The notes under the pieces are model-generated. The model was not told the DNA's origin and ran no database searches. It saw only the letters and a list, made by a program, of their open reading frames with translations. A stretch of 34,117 bases of DNA. Origin: Nemertoderma westbladi (lineage: Eukaryota > Animalia > Xenacoelomorpha). Positions 1 through 11,122 of this stretch are shown here, in pieces; the stretch's first letter is position 1, and every line of letters starts with the position of its first letter. The position numbers were made by a program, and so were the translations under genes. Where the stretch lies: NCBI GenBank assembly GCA_032718475.1, contig JAUCBJ010006826.1:1-34117 (forward strand), in the 5' to 3' direction.

Positions 1-393
1 TCACCATGGATGGGCTTTACCGCTGTACTCGCATCTGCTGTCTCATTGGCTGCTTGATGCCTCCGATTAAGGGTCTAAGGACTTCAAGCTGGTCATTTGC
101 TTAGTTCTCTAATTGGAGGGATGTGAGTTTGGACCCTAGAAGAGCATTATTCTTTTTCCTAGCTCTTGGTTAACTCTAGCATACACTCTAGCTTCGACTC
201 TCCCAGCTATAGTGATAGTATGCAACTTTGGGAGTTAATGTGAGTAAAGGCCAAGAGATTAGACTTCAGGCTCCCTCTATTGGTTCATTCTTCTTAACTT
301 TATAAAATAACTCAACCCATATTTAAAGTTTTAAAAATTATGACTTAGTCGACTAATTTTCCAAGGTATATTATAAAAACATATAATTTCTTG

Positions 394-553
394 AATAAAT
401 AGACCTAATAGTAATAAATATTGTGGGGTAAATACATTTATAATACTAATATAATTATTATGGATAAATAGTCCTAATACTAATATAATTGTTATGGATA
501 AATAGTCCTAATACTAATATAATTGTTTTGGATAAATAGCCCTAATACTATTA
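394..553. repeat. 34-bp AT-rich tandem repeat, ~4.5 copies
   Basis: Unit GGATAAATAGTCCTAATACTAATATAATTGTTAT starts at 462, 496 and 530; degenerate copies lie upstream. Confidence 0.85.
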
Positions 554-578
554 TGAAAGGAACTCAAACAAACAAATG

Positions 579-1631
579 TCAATAGCGTCGTCCTGCGCGG
601 GCATTTACTGAGCGAGAGTTTTTTATCATAGGTCTTCGAAAATTAGTAAAAGCTGGTTGATTTACTTTACTTTCATCTTCCTCATTCCCCAACTGTTTCT
701 TAATTTTATTCAATTGTTCATTAATTTTCAGTAATTTACTTTTATTTCCCAGAACCTGTCTTAATATCTCTTCTCTATTTTCTTCATTTTCTTCCATTTG
801 TTTAATAAATTTCCGCATTTGATTTTTGTTTCCTAATATTTGTCTCAATATCTCTTCTTTATTTTCATCATTCTCTTCTAAATGTTTAATAAATTTCTGT
901 AATTTAATTTTACTTCCTAGAACTTGGGTCAATGTCGCCTCTTTATTTTCTTCATTTTCCTTCAAATGTTTAATAATTTTCCGCAATTGATTCTTATTTC
1001 CAAGTAATTGCCTCTTTATTTCCTCATTATCGTCATTTTCATCCTCTTCTCCACTTTCCTGATCTTCACTTTCTTCACCCTCTTTCTGACCTTCACTTTC
1101 ATCATCCTCTTCCCCGCCTTCACTTTCTTCATCCTCTTCCTGTTCTTCACTTTCTTCATCATCTTCCTGTTCTTCACTTTCTTCATTCTCTTCCGGACCT
1201 TCGCTATCTTCACCCTCTTCTTGACCTTCACTTTCTTCATCCTCTTCCTGATCTTCACTTTCTTCGTTCTCAACCTCACTCTCTTCAACTTCATCCTGAC
1301 CCTCACTATTTTCATTCTCCATCTCATCATCCTCTTCTTCTCCATCTTTCTCACTCAAATTTTCCTCATTTTCTAGGGGTAACTGTTTTTGTATCCCTTT
1401 CAAAATATTCATAACTTTATGAAATTTACTTTCCATTGTCTGTTTTATATTTAATATATCACGCTCATCTCTCTTTTTCTTTTCATCTTCACTAAAAATA
1501 TCTTCGGATTTTTTAAATTTTTTTGGTAATGGAGCCATTAGTTTTTCCTTTCCATGTGTTTCCATATGACGAGATAAATTGTCTTGTCTCATTTCTTTAT
1601 TACAGACCAAACAAGTTTCATGTCTATGCAT
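579..1631 (-). CDS. 350-aa protein: N-terminal atypical C2H2 zinc finger, basic NLS-like patch, long Glu/Asp tract of 9-aa repeats, four 28-aa helical repeats, basic tail
   Basis: Uninterrupted ATG-initiated ORF. CLVC-x11-H-x3-H (CLVCNKEMRQDNLSRHMETH); PLPKKFKK; EEDEESEGQ-type repeats; EEILRQILGNKNQMRKFIKQMEENEENR-type repeat x4. Promoter-like motifs lie upstream. Confidence 0.75.
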   Translation of the reverse strand: MHRHETCLVCNKEMRQDNLSRHMETHGKEKLMAPLPKKFKKSEDIFSEDEKKKRDERDILNIKQTMESKFHKVMNILKGIQKQLPLENEENLSEKDGEEEDDEMENENSEGQDEVEESEVENEESEDQEEDEESEGQEEGEDSEGPEENEESEEQEDDEESEEQEEDEESEGGEEDDESEGQKEGEESEDQESGEEDENDDNEEIKRQLLGNKNQLRKIIKHLKENEENKEATLTQVLGSKIKLQKFIKHLEENDENKEEILRQILGNKNQMRKFIKQMEENEENREEILRQVLGNKSKLLKINEQLNKIKKQLGNEEDESKVNQPAFTNFRRPMIKNSRSVNARAGRRY

Positions 1632-1771
1632 TATATAGCAATGTCAATTGAAAATATTGAATTTTAGCTAAATGATTTTACAAAATTTTAAATAAATTAA
1701 ACTTTTATGAAAATAAATAAAACTTTTTAATATAAAACTTAGAGAATGACTGGGAATGCGTTGAACGGGGG

Positions 1772-1869
1772 TTATTATAGAGGGAGGCTAGAATGGATTA
1801 TCCAATCAGAGTGCGAGGGTGAGTTAGGCAGCCAATCAGGACTCGAGGGAGGAAAGTTAAACAGCCAAT
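1772..1869 (-). promoter_or_regulatory. Candidate promoter of the 350-aa ORF: TATA-like box plus three CCAAT boxes
   Basis: Minus-strand TATAATAA at 1772-1779, ~140 nt before the ATG. CCAAT at 1802, 1832 and 1865 (30-33 bp spacing, the arrangement known for multi-NF-Y promoters). Confidence 0.45.
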
Positions 1870-2086
1870 GAGAGAGCAGATGCGAGTACAGGGGTAAAGT
1901 GCCCGCCCATCCATGGTGAGATAACGTCACACTAACTCTCAAGGATAGTTATACTCACCATTCAAATATCCCTCGCAAACCAGATTCCCCCCAGCATCTA
2001 ACGTATTCCACTTCAATGCAAAATATATAGAGCTTTAGTTGGATTTGAACCTGTGCTTGTAAACTTTTTTGTGCTCGTATATTGAA

Positions 2087-2764
2087 GTGAGGCATAGACT
2101 ATGCCTCACTGAGGCATAGTCTATGCCTCAGTGCCTTAGTGAGGCATAGTCTATGCCTCAATGAGTCATAGTCTATGCCTCAGTGCCTCAGTGAGGCATA
2201 GTCTATGCCTCAGTGAGTCATAGTCTATGCCTCAGTGCCTCAGTGAGGCATAGTCTATGCCTCAGTGAGGTCTAGTCTATGCCTCAGTGAGGCAGAGTCT
2301 ATCCCTCACTGCCTCAGTGAGGCACTGAGTGAGGCATAGACTATGCCTCAGTGAGTCATAGTCTATGCCTCAATGCCTCAGTGAGGCCTAGTCTATGCCT
2401 CAGTGAGGCATAGTCTATGCCTCAGTGAGGCATAGTCTATGCCTCAGTGAGTCATAGTCTATGCCTCAGTGCCTCAGTGAGGCAGTGAGGCATAGTCTAT
2501 GCCTCAGTGAGGCATAGTCTATGCCTCAGTGAGTCATAGTCTATGCCTCAGTGAGTCATAGTCTATGCCTCAGTGCCTCAGTGAGACCTAGTCTATGCCT
2601 CAGTGAGGCCTAGTCTATGCCTCAGTGAGGCATAGTCTATGCCTCAGTGAGGCATAGTCTATGCCTCAGTGCCTCAGTGAGGCATAGTCTATGCCTCAGT
2701 GCCTCAATGAGGCATAGTCTATGCCTCAGTGAGTCATAGTCTATGCCTCGGTGAGGCATAGTCT
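2087..2764. repeat. Minisatellite of a palindromic 22-bp unit with interspersed 8-bp half units
   Basis: Unit TGAGGCATAG-T-CTATGCCTCA-G (10-bp arms, 1-nt centre). Variants TGAGTCATAG and TGAGGCCTAG occur, with TGCCTCAG inserts. There are no unique spacers. Confidence 0.95.
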
Positions 2765-2959
2765 GTGTCAAGTCTTAAATGAGAGTCTTACAAATTCGAA
2801 CGTCAACGAACAAATTCGAAGGTTACTGTTCCACCTTGGTGTAGTGGTTGCGTAGAATTCACATCTCTCGTATGTCATGGGTTCGACCCCTGCATGAACC
2901 AGGGCAGTTTTCGTTCGATCAGCAATAGGTCTAACGTTGCAAAATGCAGTATTATTGCC

Positions 2960-3460
2960 TAGTAACCAATTCATGGCTACGGTATGGTTTTCACTTTGAG
3001 ACATTAAGCCCTCTAGCGGCAGACTGGGGAACTTCAGACTACTCTGTGACCCTGCAAAAGATATAGCCTATGCCGTAATAGATGCCGATTGGGGGGTCAA
3101 ATTAAGTAATAATATATCTAAATAAGCCTCAAACATCTTGCCTCATGGCTCTCCCCTTAGAACTCTTGAGCAATATAACTTCATGGTTTTGCGGATTGTA
3201 AATAACAAAGCTAGAGAAGATGTTAATTTTTAAACAATACGCCCTCTAGCGGCAGACTATGGAACTGCAGGCGGTTGGATATAGGTAAGAGTAATTAGTA
3301 ATCAGAGCTGTCACGGGGTGGGGGCAGGGGCGCTTGGATACAACTATCATTAATATGCTGTTGCTTGGTTAAAGCTAATTGGGGGGTCAAAGGTCAAAGG
3401 TCAACGATAAAGCTGTCTGGATATAGATAAGAGTAATTAGTTACCAGTAAGGGAGCTGTA
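2960..3460 (-). mobile_element. Fragment of the same repeat family as the 27349-28618 insertion, reverse orientation
   Basis: Minus strand reads CAGTCTGCCGCTAGAGGGCTTAATGTCTCAAAGTGAAAACC (~2986-3026), similar to GCCGCTAGAGGGCTAAATGTATGAAAGTGAAAACC at 28357-28391. A second motif lies at 3241-3252. Boundaries are approximate. Confidence 0.65.
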
Positions 3461-3594
3461 TACCCATAAAGTACAAATGAATAATTAATTTAGAATTAAA
3501 TACGAATAAAATAAAATGCAAATAATTAATTAAAATTAAATATAAATAAATAGGTATTAATGAATAAAAGAGCTGCGGTGTCACTTATGACACC

Positions 3595-3903
3595 CTCTTC
3601 CCCCTTCTCTGCGACAGTTGGACAACACTGATGACCCATTGTGTGTCAGGGCGCTAATCAGTCTGATTAATTAGGATAATCAATTAAACCCTAATTAGGA
3701 GTCATATGACACCTGTTAGGGTTTAATTGTACTAATTAATTGATGACACCTGTCAATTAGGGTCTAATTAGCCTAATTGGGAGGTGTCACCCAGACAGTC
3801 TGGCGCCAATGACACCCAATGACACCCATAGGGTGATAATTGGGTGTCATATGACACCCAATGGGTGTCAGTTAGGTCCAACTGTCACAGAGAGGAGGAA
3901 GAC
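3595..3903. mobile_element. Foldback/MITE-like element built from TGACACCC and CTAATTA motifs
   Basis: ~45-bp imperfect inverted repeats (CTCTGCGACAGTTGGAC...ACCCATTG 3595-3641 vs CAATGGGTGTCAG...GTCCAACTGTCACAGAG 3859-3903). Perfect 24-bp palindrome at 3839-3862. No TSD identified. Confidence 0.6.
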
Positions 3904-3974
3904 CCTACTACTTACACTAAACATCAGGTATGGTAATAGGAATAACATAGCTGGGTATTTGTATGCAAAGTTGG

Positions 3975-6900
3975 TAGTGCCCCGAAAGTTTATTAGCAGC
4001 GGAATTATAGAGTTTTCCGATGAGATTCAGGAGATCTGCAGACAATTAGATTGGCTAGGTAAGTCTCATGAGTATCAGAATACTATGGTTATTAGAGCAG
4101 TGGCTTCTACTTTACCGAAGGGTGGAGTAGGTACACGCTGGGATAAGAAAGTGTTATATATGATGGAACAACAACGATGAGACCCTACCATGGCTGATCT
4201 CATGTCATTCTTAGATGGAGAAGTGAAATTACAGCTCCTGAAACTGTCCAGAGAGAAGACACCGGAAAACAAGGTAAGTGAAAAACCCGTCTCTAGGAGA
4301 AAGGTAACACCAGTGTGTTATACAGACGACGGCGAAAGCCAGACTTCTCAAGGAGAAGATAGCGGGAAAGACACTGATAGATCTTATTACGTAAATAAAA
4401 TGCCTAAAGATCAGGTAAGTAAATTCAAGTCTCGAACAAATGACAGGAGAGAACAGGTAAGAAAAACTCCTCCTACGTCTCCCAAGAGAATTCAGGTGAG
4501 AAATCCCGAAGAAAAAGCAAGTGTACACAATGTTACGCAAAATAAGGTGAGTAACATCAAACCGAAATGTGCGCTATGTGATGGGACCCATCGTTTGAAT
4601 ATGTGTGATGAATTCCTGAAGAAATCATTAACGGAGAGACGAGAAGTCATGTGGGATAAGCGGTTATGTTATAATTGCCTCAGACAAGGACACCAACGGC
4701 GAACCTGTTACTCTGACATAAGGTGTGCAAAGTGTGGTGCGAAACATCATATCTTGTTGCACGCTGAATTCGATCGAAATAGTCCTAATCAGGTAAGTGA
4801 TTCCGAACTACATGTCCAATTCAGTGATGTGAACGACACTGATCAATCTGAGATGGAAGGATTCTATACGGACGAGTTCTCCGACGAAAACGAATCCTGT
4901 TACATGATAAATACCGCAGTGTATCGAGCACTCACATATGAAAAAGATACAGATAGCGATTTCACTCTAGCTACTTCTGATCGACAACCATCGTGGAAAG
5001 CACCAACTTCCGATGTAGGAATCCGAGAATTTCCTGTAGTCCAGTTACGGGTCCATGGACCTCAGAAGAGCTATATAGTGAACGCCCTCCTGGACTCCGG
5101 CAGCACAGGTACATTCATTGATAAAGAACTAGCCGAAGACATATTTGCTGGACAACCCAAGTTCCGAACTAAGCTAAACATGTCCGGCATTATGCAAGTG
5201 TGGAAATCTACAGTAACAGCTGATTATTATGTAGGCGCGCTGTCCACCCCACAGGACGAACTAGGAGAACATAGCATAAGGTCAGTGAAAATGGTGGCTA
5301 TAAAGAACTTCGCTACTACTCAAGCAGACCTTTATAATTGGGACGAGGATGAGAGCATCCAACATCTTAACATACCTCGATTCCAGACTGATTATCCTGG
5401 AGTGCAAATACTCATCGGCCAAAACGCGCATGAGGCGCTGGAGACATTAGAGAAACGGCCTGCTCAACCGCAGCCACTACAGACCTATGCGGTAAGAACT
5501 AGAGTAGGTTGGTACTTTACTGGCCCTTCCCGTAGAACACTCAGAGAAAGACTACCGCAAGAGCGCATCTGCCAGGTGAGTGAATGGGAAGATGATGCTA
5601 GTGAGGGAGACGATTTAACTGAGGGAACCCCATACTCCTCAGATAACGACGACGTTCACCAGCTTTTTGATGAGGAGAATACCATCGATCTCCTTAAGGA
5701 AAACGAGGCTTGGCAAAACCAAGTGAACTTATGTCAACTTCTCTATCCATCTGAACGAGAAGCTTATAACGACGAGTTAAATGACGTCATTGAGCGTTGC
5801 AATGCCAAGACTCGAGATGAACATGCCGTACGATTCTTTACGCAAGAGGCGGTAGAGCCCAATTCCTACGATAAAGCCTTATCGGTGGAAGAGGAAAGGG
5901 CCAAGCAGATCCAAGAGACAACTACACGTTTCCTCAAAGATCAAGGTAGGTATGAAGTCGGTCTACCTTTCCGCAAGAGAGAACCGAAGTTCATCAATAA
6001 CAGACCCTTGGCGGAAAAAAGAATCGCGCAACTCCATCGACGCCTTACGGCTAATTCTTCAGCTAAAGAAATGTATCAAACACAGCTGGAGAAATTTATT
6101 AGTAAGGGATACGCGGAGAGAGTACCGGAAGAAACACCTGTGACTGAAAGAACGTATTACTTAACTCACCATTACGTTCCTAAACCCGGTAAACCACATG
6201 AAGTGAGAGTAGTGTTTGATGGCTCCGCTCTTTACATGGGTCAATCCCTTAACTCTGAATTGTTACCCGGACCCAACTTACTTCAATCTTTGTTGGGAAT
6301 TCTTTTAAGATTGAGACAATATTCGATTGCTTTCGCCTCCGATATAGAAGGCATGTTCTTACAAGTCAAGGTGTTAGATAGGGATCGAGATAGTCTACGA
6401 TTTCTGTGGTGGCCCGAAGGAGACCTCAACCAGAAACCGGTGGAGTACTGGATGACCATCCAGGCCTTTGGGATAATCTCAAGCCCTTCCAACGCCTGTT
6501 CGGTAGTGCGTACCACTGCAGAGGACAACCGAGAGGCATTCTCTAAGGAAGTGATCGACAACATCAAGAGAGACATATATATGGACGATAATCTGAAGTC
6601 CCTTCCATCAGTTGAGGAAGCCATTGAGGTCGTTAAAGGAACGGTAGAGTGCTTACAAAGAGGTGGGTTTCGATTAACGAAATTCACCAGCAACTCCCGT
6701 GAGTTTCTGGAGTCGATCCCTGCGGAAGATCGAGGGGCGAAAGATCTAGATTTGATCAAAGATGATCTGCCAGAAACCAAGACACTTGGCTTGAAATGGG
6801 ACACAGAGCGAGATATCCTGTTTTTCCAGCTAAAACAGCGAGATAATCCAATTAGAACCAAACGGATTTGCTTAAGTATACTGAGCACTTATTTCGATCC

Positions 6901-9463
6901 ATTGGGATTTATTAGCCCAGTTATATTGATTGCTCGTAGTTTGGTACAACAAATGTGGCTTGAAAACCACTCATGGGACGATCCACTTAAGGGAGAATTA
7001 TTAAAGAAGTGGATGAAATGGGAAGATTCTCTGCCGGCTATCGAGGATTTTATAATTTCCCGTTCATATTTTGGTCATGTTCTCCCTACGTATTCCTATC
7101 AACTCCATGTGTTTGGAGACGCCAGCGATATGGAAATAGGTATAGTAGCCTATCTAAGAGTGGAAACTCCGGATGGAATCAAAGTCGCCTTGGTTACTTC
7201 TAAGGCATTAATCAACAACAAGTTGAAAGTTCCTCGAGCGGAGTTAAAAGCGGCTCTATACGCTACAGCCATCGGCTGGAATGTAACAGAACAGATTGAC
7301 TATCCATTAGAGAAAACTGTCTATTGGACCGACGCTTTACTCGTGTTAGAGTATATAACCAATGAAGTCTGTCAGTTCAGCGTCTTCGTTACCAACAGAG
7401 TAGCCATCATACTTAGTCGCACGACGATGGACCAATGGAGACATTGCCCCGGAACGATTAATCCAGCAGACATCGCTTCCCGAGGAGCGACTCCAAAGGA
7501 ATTGGTAAATACTCCCGAATGGTTAGGTGGACCCGACTTTCTCTACAGAGAAGAAGAAGAATGGCCTCCCCATCTCACAACAGCAGAGATCAGACAGGCC
7601 AAGGGAGCGGAGAAAGTTAAACCCAAAACTCGAGCGAGTAAATCGAAGTTGTTTAAACCTGCGGTTGATCTATCTGTATTATTTACTTCCGGAGAGGATG
7701 CTTTGGATCAGAAACCCACCGCCTCGACTAAAGAAGTCTTGGAAATCCGTGACAAGGATTGGAAATCTGGAATACCAGATATCGCGCAAGGACTCTCACC
7801 CCTCTTGCAGAGAGCGATACGTCACTACAGTTCCTGGAATCGGCTCTGTAAAGCCGTCACCTATTTAAAACGATGTTTTCATCATCGTTACTCCGGGACA
7901 AAGACCAATAGTGATGATGCTCCATCAACATCTGCACGAGTCCATGTTGTTAAAGATCTTCCTAAATACAAGATATCCGACAGGTTTCTAAAGGAGAAGA
8001 TCAGTTACCAGGAGCATGATGAAACCAACAAACAGATGCTGAGACTCCTACAATGCTATGAGGATTCCGATAAGTATTTCCTGTTGTTAAGAAATCCGCA
8101 GATGCGCTTAAGGGATCGCTTCTCTAGTACCATGATAGATGGGTTAATACGTGTTGGAGGCAGGCTTACCAACGCCCCATTATCCTTTGACACTAAGTTT
8201 CCCATACTCATTAGAAATCTTGACATACAAATCAAGATGATTGTAGATGTTCATAGCAAACTGTATCATGCTGGCAGAGAACGAGTTCTGAGCGAAATTC
8301 GAACTCGCTTCTATTTTTATAAACCCCGTAGGGCTCTGAACCAAGTCCTTAGGAACTGTATACCCTGTAGGAAAGCATTCAGTAGGCCTTTGACACAGCG
8401 AGAGGCAGAATTACCTAGGGAAAGAGTAAGCTTCTACGAACCACCCTTTACTAATACCGGTGTGGATTTATTTGGCCCTATTGAAGTATATCGTGCCCGG
8501 ACTATAGTCAAGAGATGGTGTGTCATCTTCGTTTGTATGACTTGTAGAGCTATCCATCTCGATATGGTAAATGATCTATCCACCAACAGCTTCGTGTTGA
8601 GTCTACGATGACAGATCGCTCGTTTCGGAACCAGTAACACGATGAGATCGGATAAGGGAACGAACTTCATTGGCGCCAACAACGAAATTCAAGCTTACGT
8701 AAAGGACTGGAACAAGAGACAGGTGGACGATCAGCTAAAGATAACAGCGTCTAGCTGGACCTTCAACGCCGCCGACGCCCCTTGGTGGGGAGGAAGTTGG
8801 GAGAGATTGATTAGGAGCGTGAAGACTGCGTTCCACTTTATTGTACCTTGTCGCGCTTATCTCACCGACGAACTATTGCGGACGTTAATGGAGGAAATCG
8901 CCGCTTATCTCAACGAAAGACCGCTTATGCCAGTCTCTTCAAGTCCTGATTCCCTGGAAGCGCTAACACCCGCGCACTTTCTACTGAAGAAACCCGTAGC
9001 CATGCTCCCACGATCGGAGATCACAGACGGAGACGAGTACTGCCATCGAACCTGGCAACTTATGCAGTTGCTATCCCGTCGTTTCGCTGACCATTTCGAG
9101 AAACATTACCTGCCCACTCTACAACTTCGAACTAAGTGGTTTGCGCAGCAAGAAAACGTCAGCGCTGGAGACATGGTGCTTATTGTGGACCCCGATCTCC
9201 CACGTAAGCGATGGCAAACAGGACGTATCATCGAGACTCATATCTCGAGCGATGGTTTGGTGCGATCAGTAGAACTCGTCGTCATGCGGCGTAACTTTAA
9301 GAAACCAGGGATAGTCTTTGAGACTCAACAGCTCAACCGCCCAGTGGGTCGTTTATGTTTACTGGAAAGAGACAGAGAGCTCTCCGGAAACTATGGAAGG
9401 CAAGAAACTCTTCCCACGACCACTTCCCTAATCCAGCCGACATCTGGGGACTCCCCAACTTAA
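3975..9463 (+). pseudogene. BEL/Pao gag-pol polyprotein with two in-frame stops (4178-4180, 8609-8611)
   Basis: ORFs 3809-4180, 4190-8611 and 8642-9463 share one frame. Triple Cys/His knuckle (CALCDGTH, CYNCLRQGH, CAKCGAKHHILLH); protease LLDSGS; RT SDIEGMFLQV and YMDD; RNase H FGDAS/ELKAA/WTDA/NPADIASRG; integrase H-H-C-C, GVDLFGP, RSDKGTNF and WERLIRSVK. Confidence 0.93.
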
Positions 9464-9481
9464 TATCGTTCGGAGTGGGCG

Positions 9482-9891
9482 TGTGACTCTATTATTTTAT
9501 ATTATTTTATTATTTTTATATTTATGTATGTATTACTATGTAATTTTATTTTAATCGTTTTATTTAATTTTATTTAGTAACATGTTATTTTAGTGATCAT
9601 TTAGTAGATTAGTGCAATATATTAGTGTTTATTACGTACGTAATTACTTATAATATATATTTAGTGCGACGGCGAGAAATAATTATTTTTCTCTTTCCTT
9701 ACTGCCCGTATTACATTATCAATACGTGACTACAGTAAGATGAAATATCCGTACTTATTAAAGTACAATAAAGCCACTACTATATTTAAGTATTATTGGT
9801 AGGCAGAGTATTAGGAATGCAAAGTTCAGATCCTCGTGTCTCGGCTAAACCAAGCTCTGGGTAGACCTTGGAAACGACTTGCCTCTTCACA
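9482..9891 (+). repeat. 3' LTR of the BEL/Pao element (410 bp)
   Basis: Begins TGTGA just after GGAGTGGGCG, 18 nt past the pol stop, and ends TCACA (5-bp inverted termini). AATAAA at 9767-9772. No partner LTR in the window confirms it. Confidence 0.7.
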
Positions 9892-10014
9892 CTGACATTG
9901 CTTCGTGCGATATTGCTCTCATACCGTATATTAAATAATACATATAGTAGCGTGATGTCCCTTTAACAGTAGCGTATAACGCAAAATAAATCTGTTAAAC
10001 CCTTTCACCATCTG

Positions 10015-10370
10015 CAATTCTAGTCGATTAAGATATCGCGGCACCCACCGATATACTTGAAAGACAAATTTTAGAATCAGTGGTTAAAGTCCCCAGACAA
10101 GTTCTGGAATAAATTGGTGCCCATCTCAAATATTAATTATTTAATATTTGCAAATCTAATAAATCAAATCTGTAAAATTCAGATCCTTCAACAATTCTAG
10201 TCAATTAAGATATCGTAGCATTTACCGATATTCTTAAAAAGACAATTTTCATAGAATTAAGGATCTTGTGTCCCCAGACATGTTCTAGAATCAAAATATG
10301 TCCATTTAATTATCAAATAATAAAATTTCAGGGAATAAATTTAAATTCATGCCTTTTAATGAATTTAATA
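10015..10370. repeat. Diverged ~177-bp tandem dimer
   Basis: CAATTCTAGTC(G/A)ATTAAGATATCG...ACCGATAT...GTCCCCAGACA(A/T)GTTCT at 10015 and 10192. Confidence 0.75.
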
Positions 10371-11122
10371 AATTGCCATTTTTACGCAATTTATAACATT
10401 CCCAAAATTCCATTAATTAATAGATCAAGGGAGCGGAGATTTATCTTATTATAAGTATGAGTGTGCGAAGTCTCCCAAACATAGTCAATAGCCGATAAAA
10501 TTCATAAAGTCATGTATAAAACAGGACATTGACCATTAAAGAATTACTATTAAATAACATCCCAGATCTGTATGCATTAGAATTACCCTAATTCTACTGC
10601 TAGCTTTACATAATGTCACCATAGCAACAACCACGCTAGAATTAGAATTGAGTTAAAAGAACAATAGACAGCTTGTCCCATTGAATAGCATAGGGAATAA
10701 ATAGCGCACTGCTAGTATCCAAGGATACATAATAATACAGTGACATTCTGGAAGGCATTGACTAACGGACAAATGGCCCGAGTGTGTGTAATTTGTGACA
10801 AGTTGTGTGTGTGGTATTTGTGAGTTTATAGGCGAATGTTACTACTAAGGTGTGTTTACAGTAGCGAGTCGCAATTGTGAAAGTAACCCTAACTCTCCAG
10901 TAAGAACCTGAGGTGTATCTAAGCCTTTGGGACGGACAGTCGAGTGACTTGTGCCGGTTGTCGTTGTCGTTGTGCGGCTACGTCGTTGGCGAAAGTACAG
11001 CGGCGACGACACATCGGCGCTGAGGATCTCGCACTGTCCGGGGGCTGATTGGGGTAGGCAGCGACGCTCGCTAGCCTAAATATAAACTCATTATGATATT
11101 AATAAACTCATATATAGCAGAT

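Larger units (their letters stand above)
1..1919. mobile_element. Inverted-repeat-bounded single-gene element of unknown class (left end cut by the window edge)
   Basis: The reverse complement of 1-52 (CAGCCAATGAGACAGCAGATGCGAGTACAGCGGTAAAGCCCATCCATGGTGA) matches 1862-1919 apart from two substitutions and a 6-nt indel. Weaker inverted similarity lies further in (CTCCCTCTAT 271-280 vs ATAGAGGGAG 1777-1786). The true termini and TSD are not visible. Confidence 0.65.
3975..9891 (+). mobile_element. BEL/Pao LTR retrotransposon, 5'-truncated (no 5' LTR or gag start)
   Basis: One reading frame with the BEL domain order gag-PR-RT-RH-IN, followed by a purine-rich tract and a TGTGA...TCACA LTR. The left boundary is approximate. 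Confidence 0.93.

Noticed and set aside
1008-1376. Phe/Ile-rich membrane ORF (+) and Lys/Arg/Met-rich ORF 1016-1354 (-)
   Set aside because: These are antisense and alternative-frame shadows of the acidic 27-nt repeat in the 350-aa ORF.
2087-2764. CRISPR array (palindromic repeats)
   Set aside because: Units are directly adjacent with no unique spacers, there are no cas genes, and the context is eukaryotic.
3809-3975. Start of gag at 3809
   Set aside because: The first part translates the TGACACCC foldback repeat; only the portion from about 3975 looks gag-like.
8642-9463. Separate integrase gene
   Set aside because: It is in the same frame as pol and the stop splits the integrase core, so it is a nonsense mutation.
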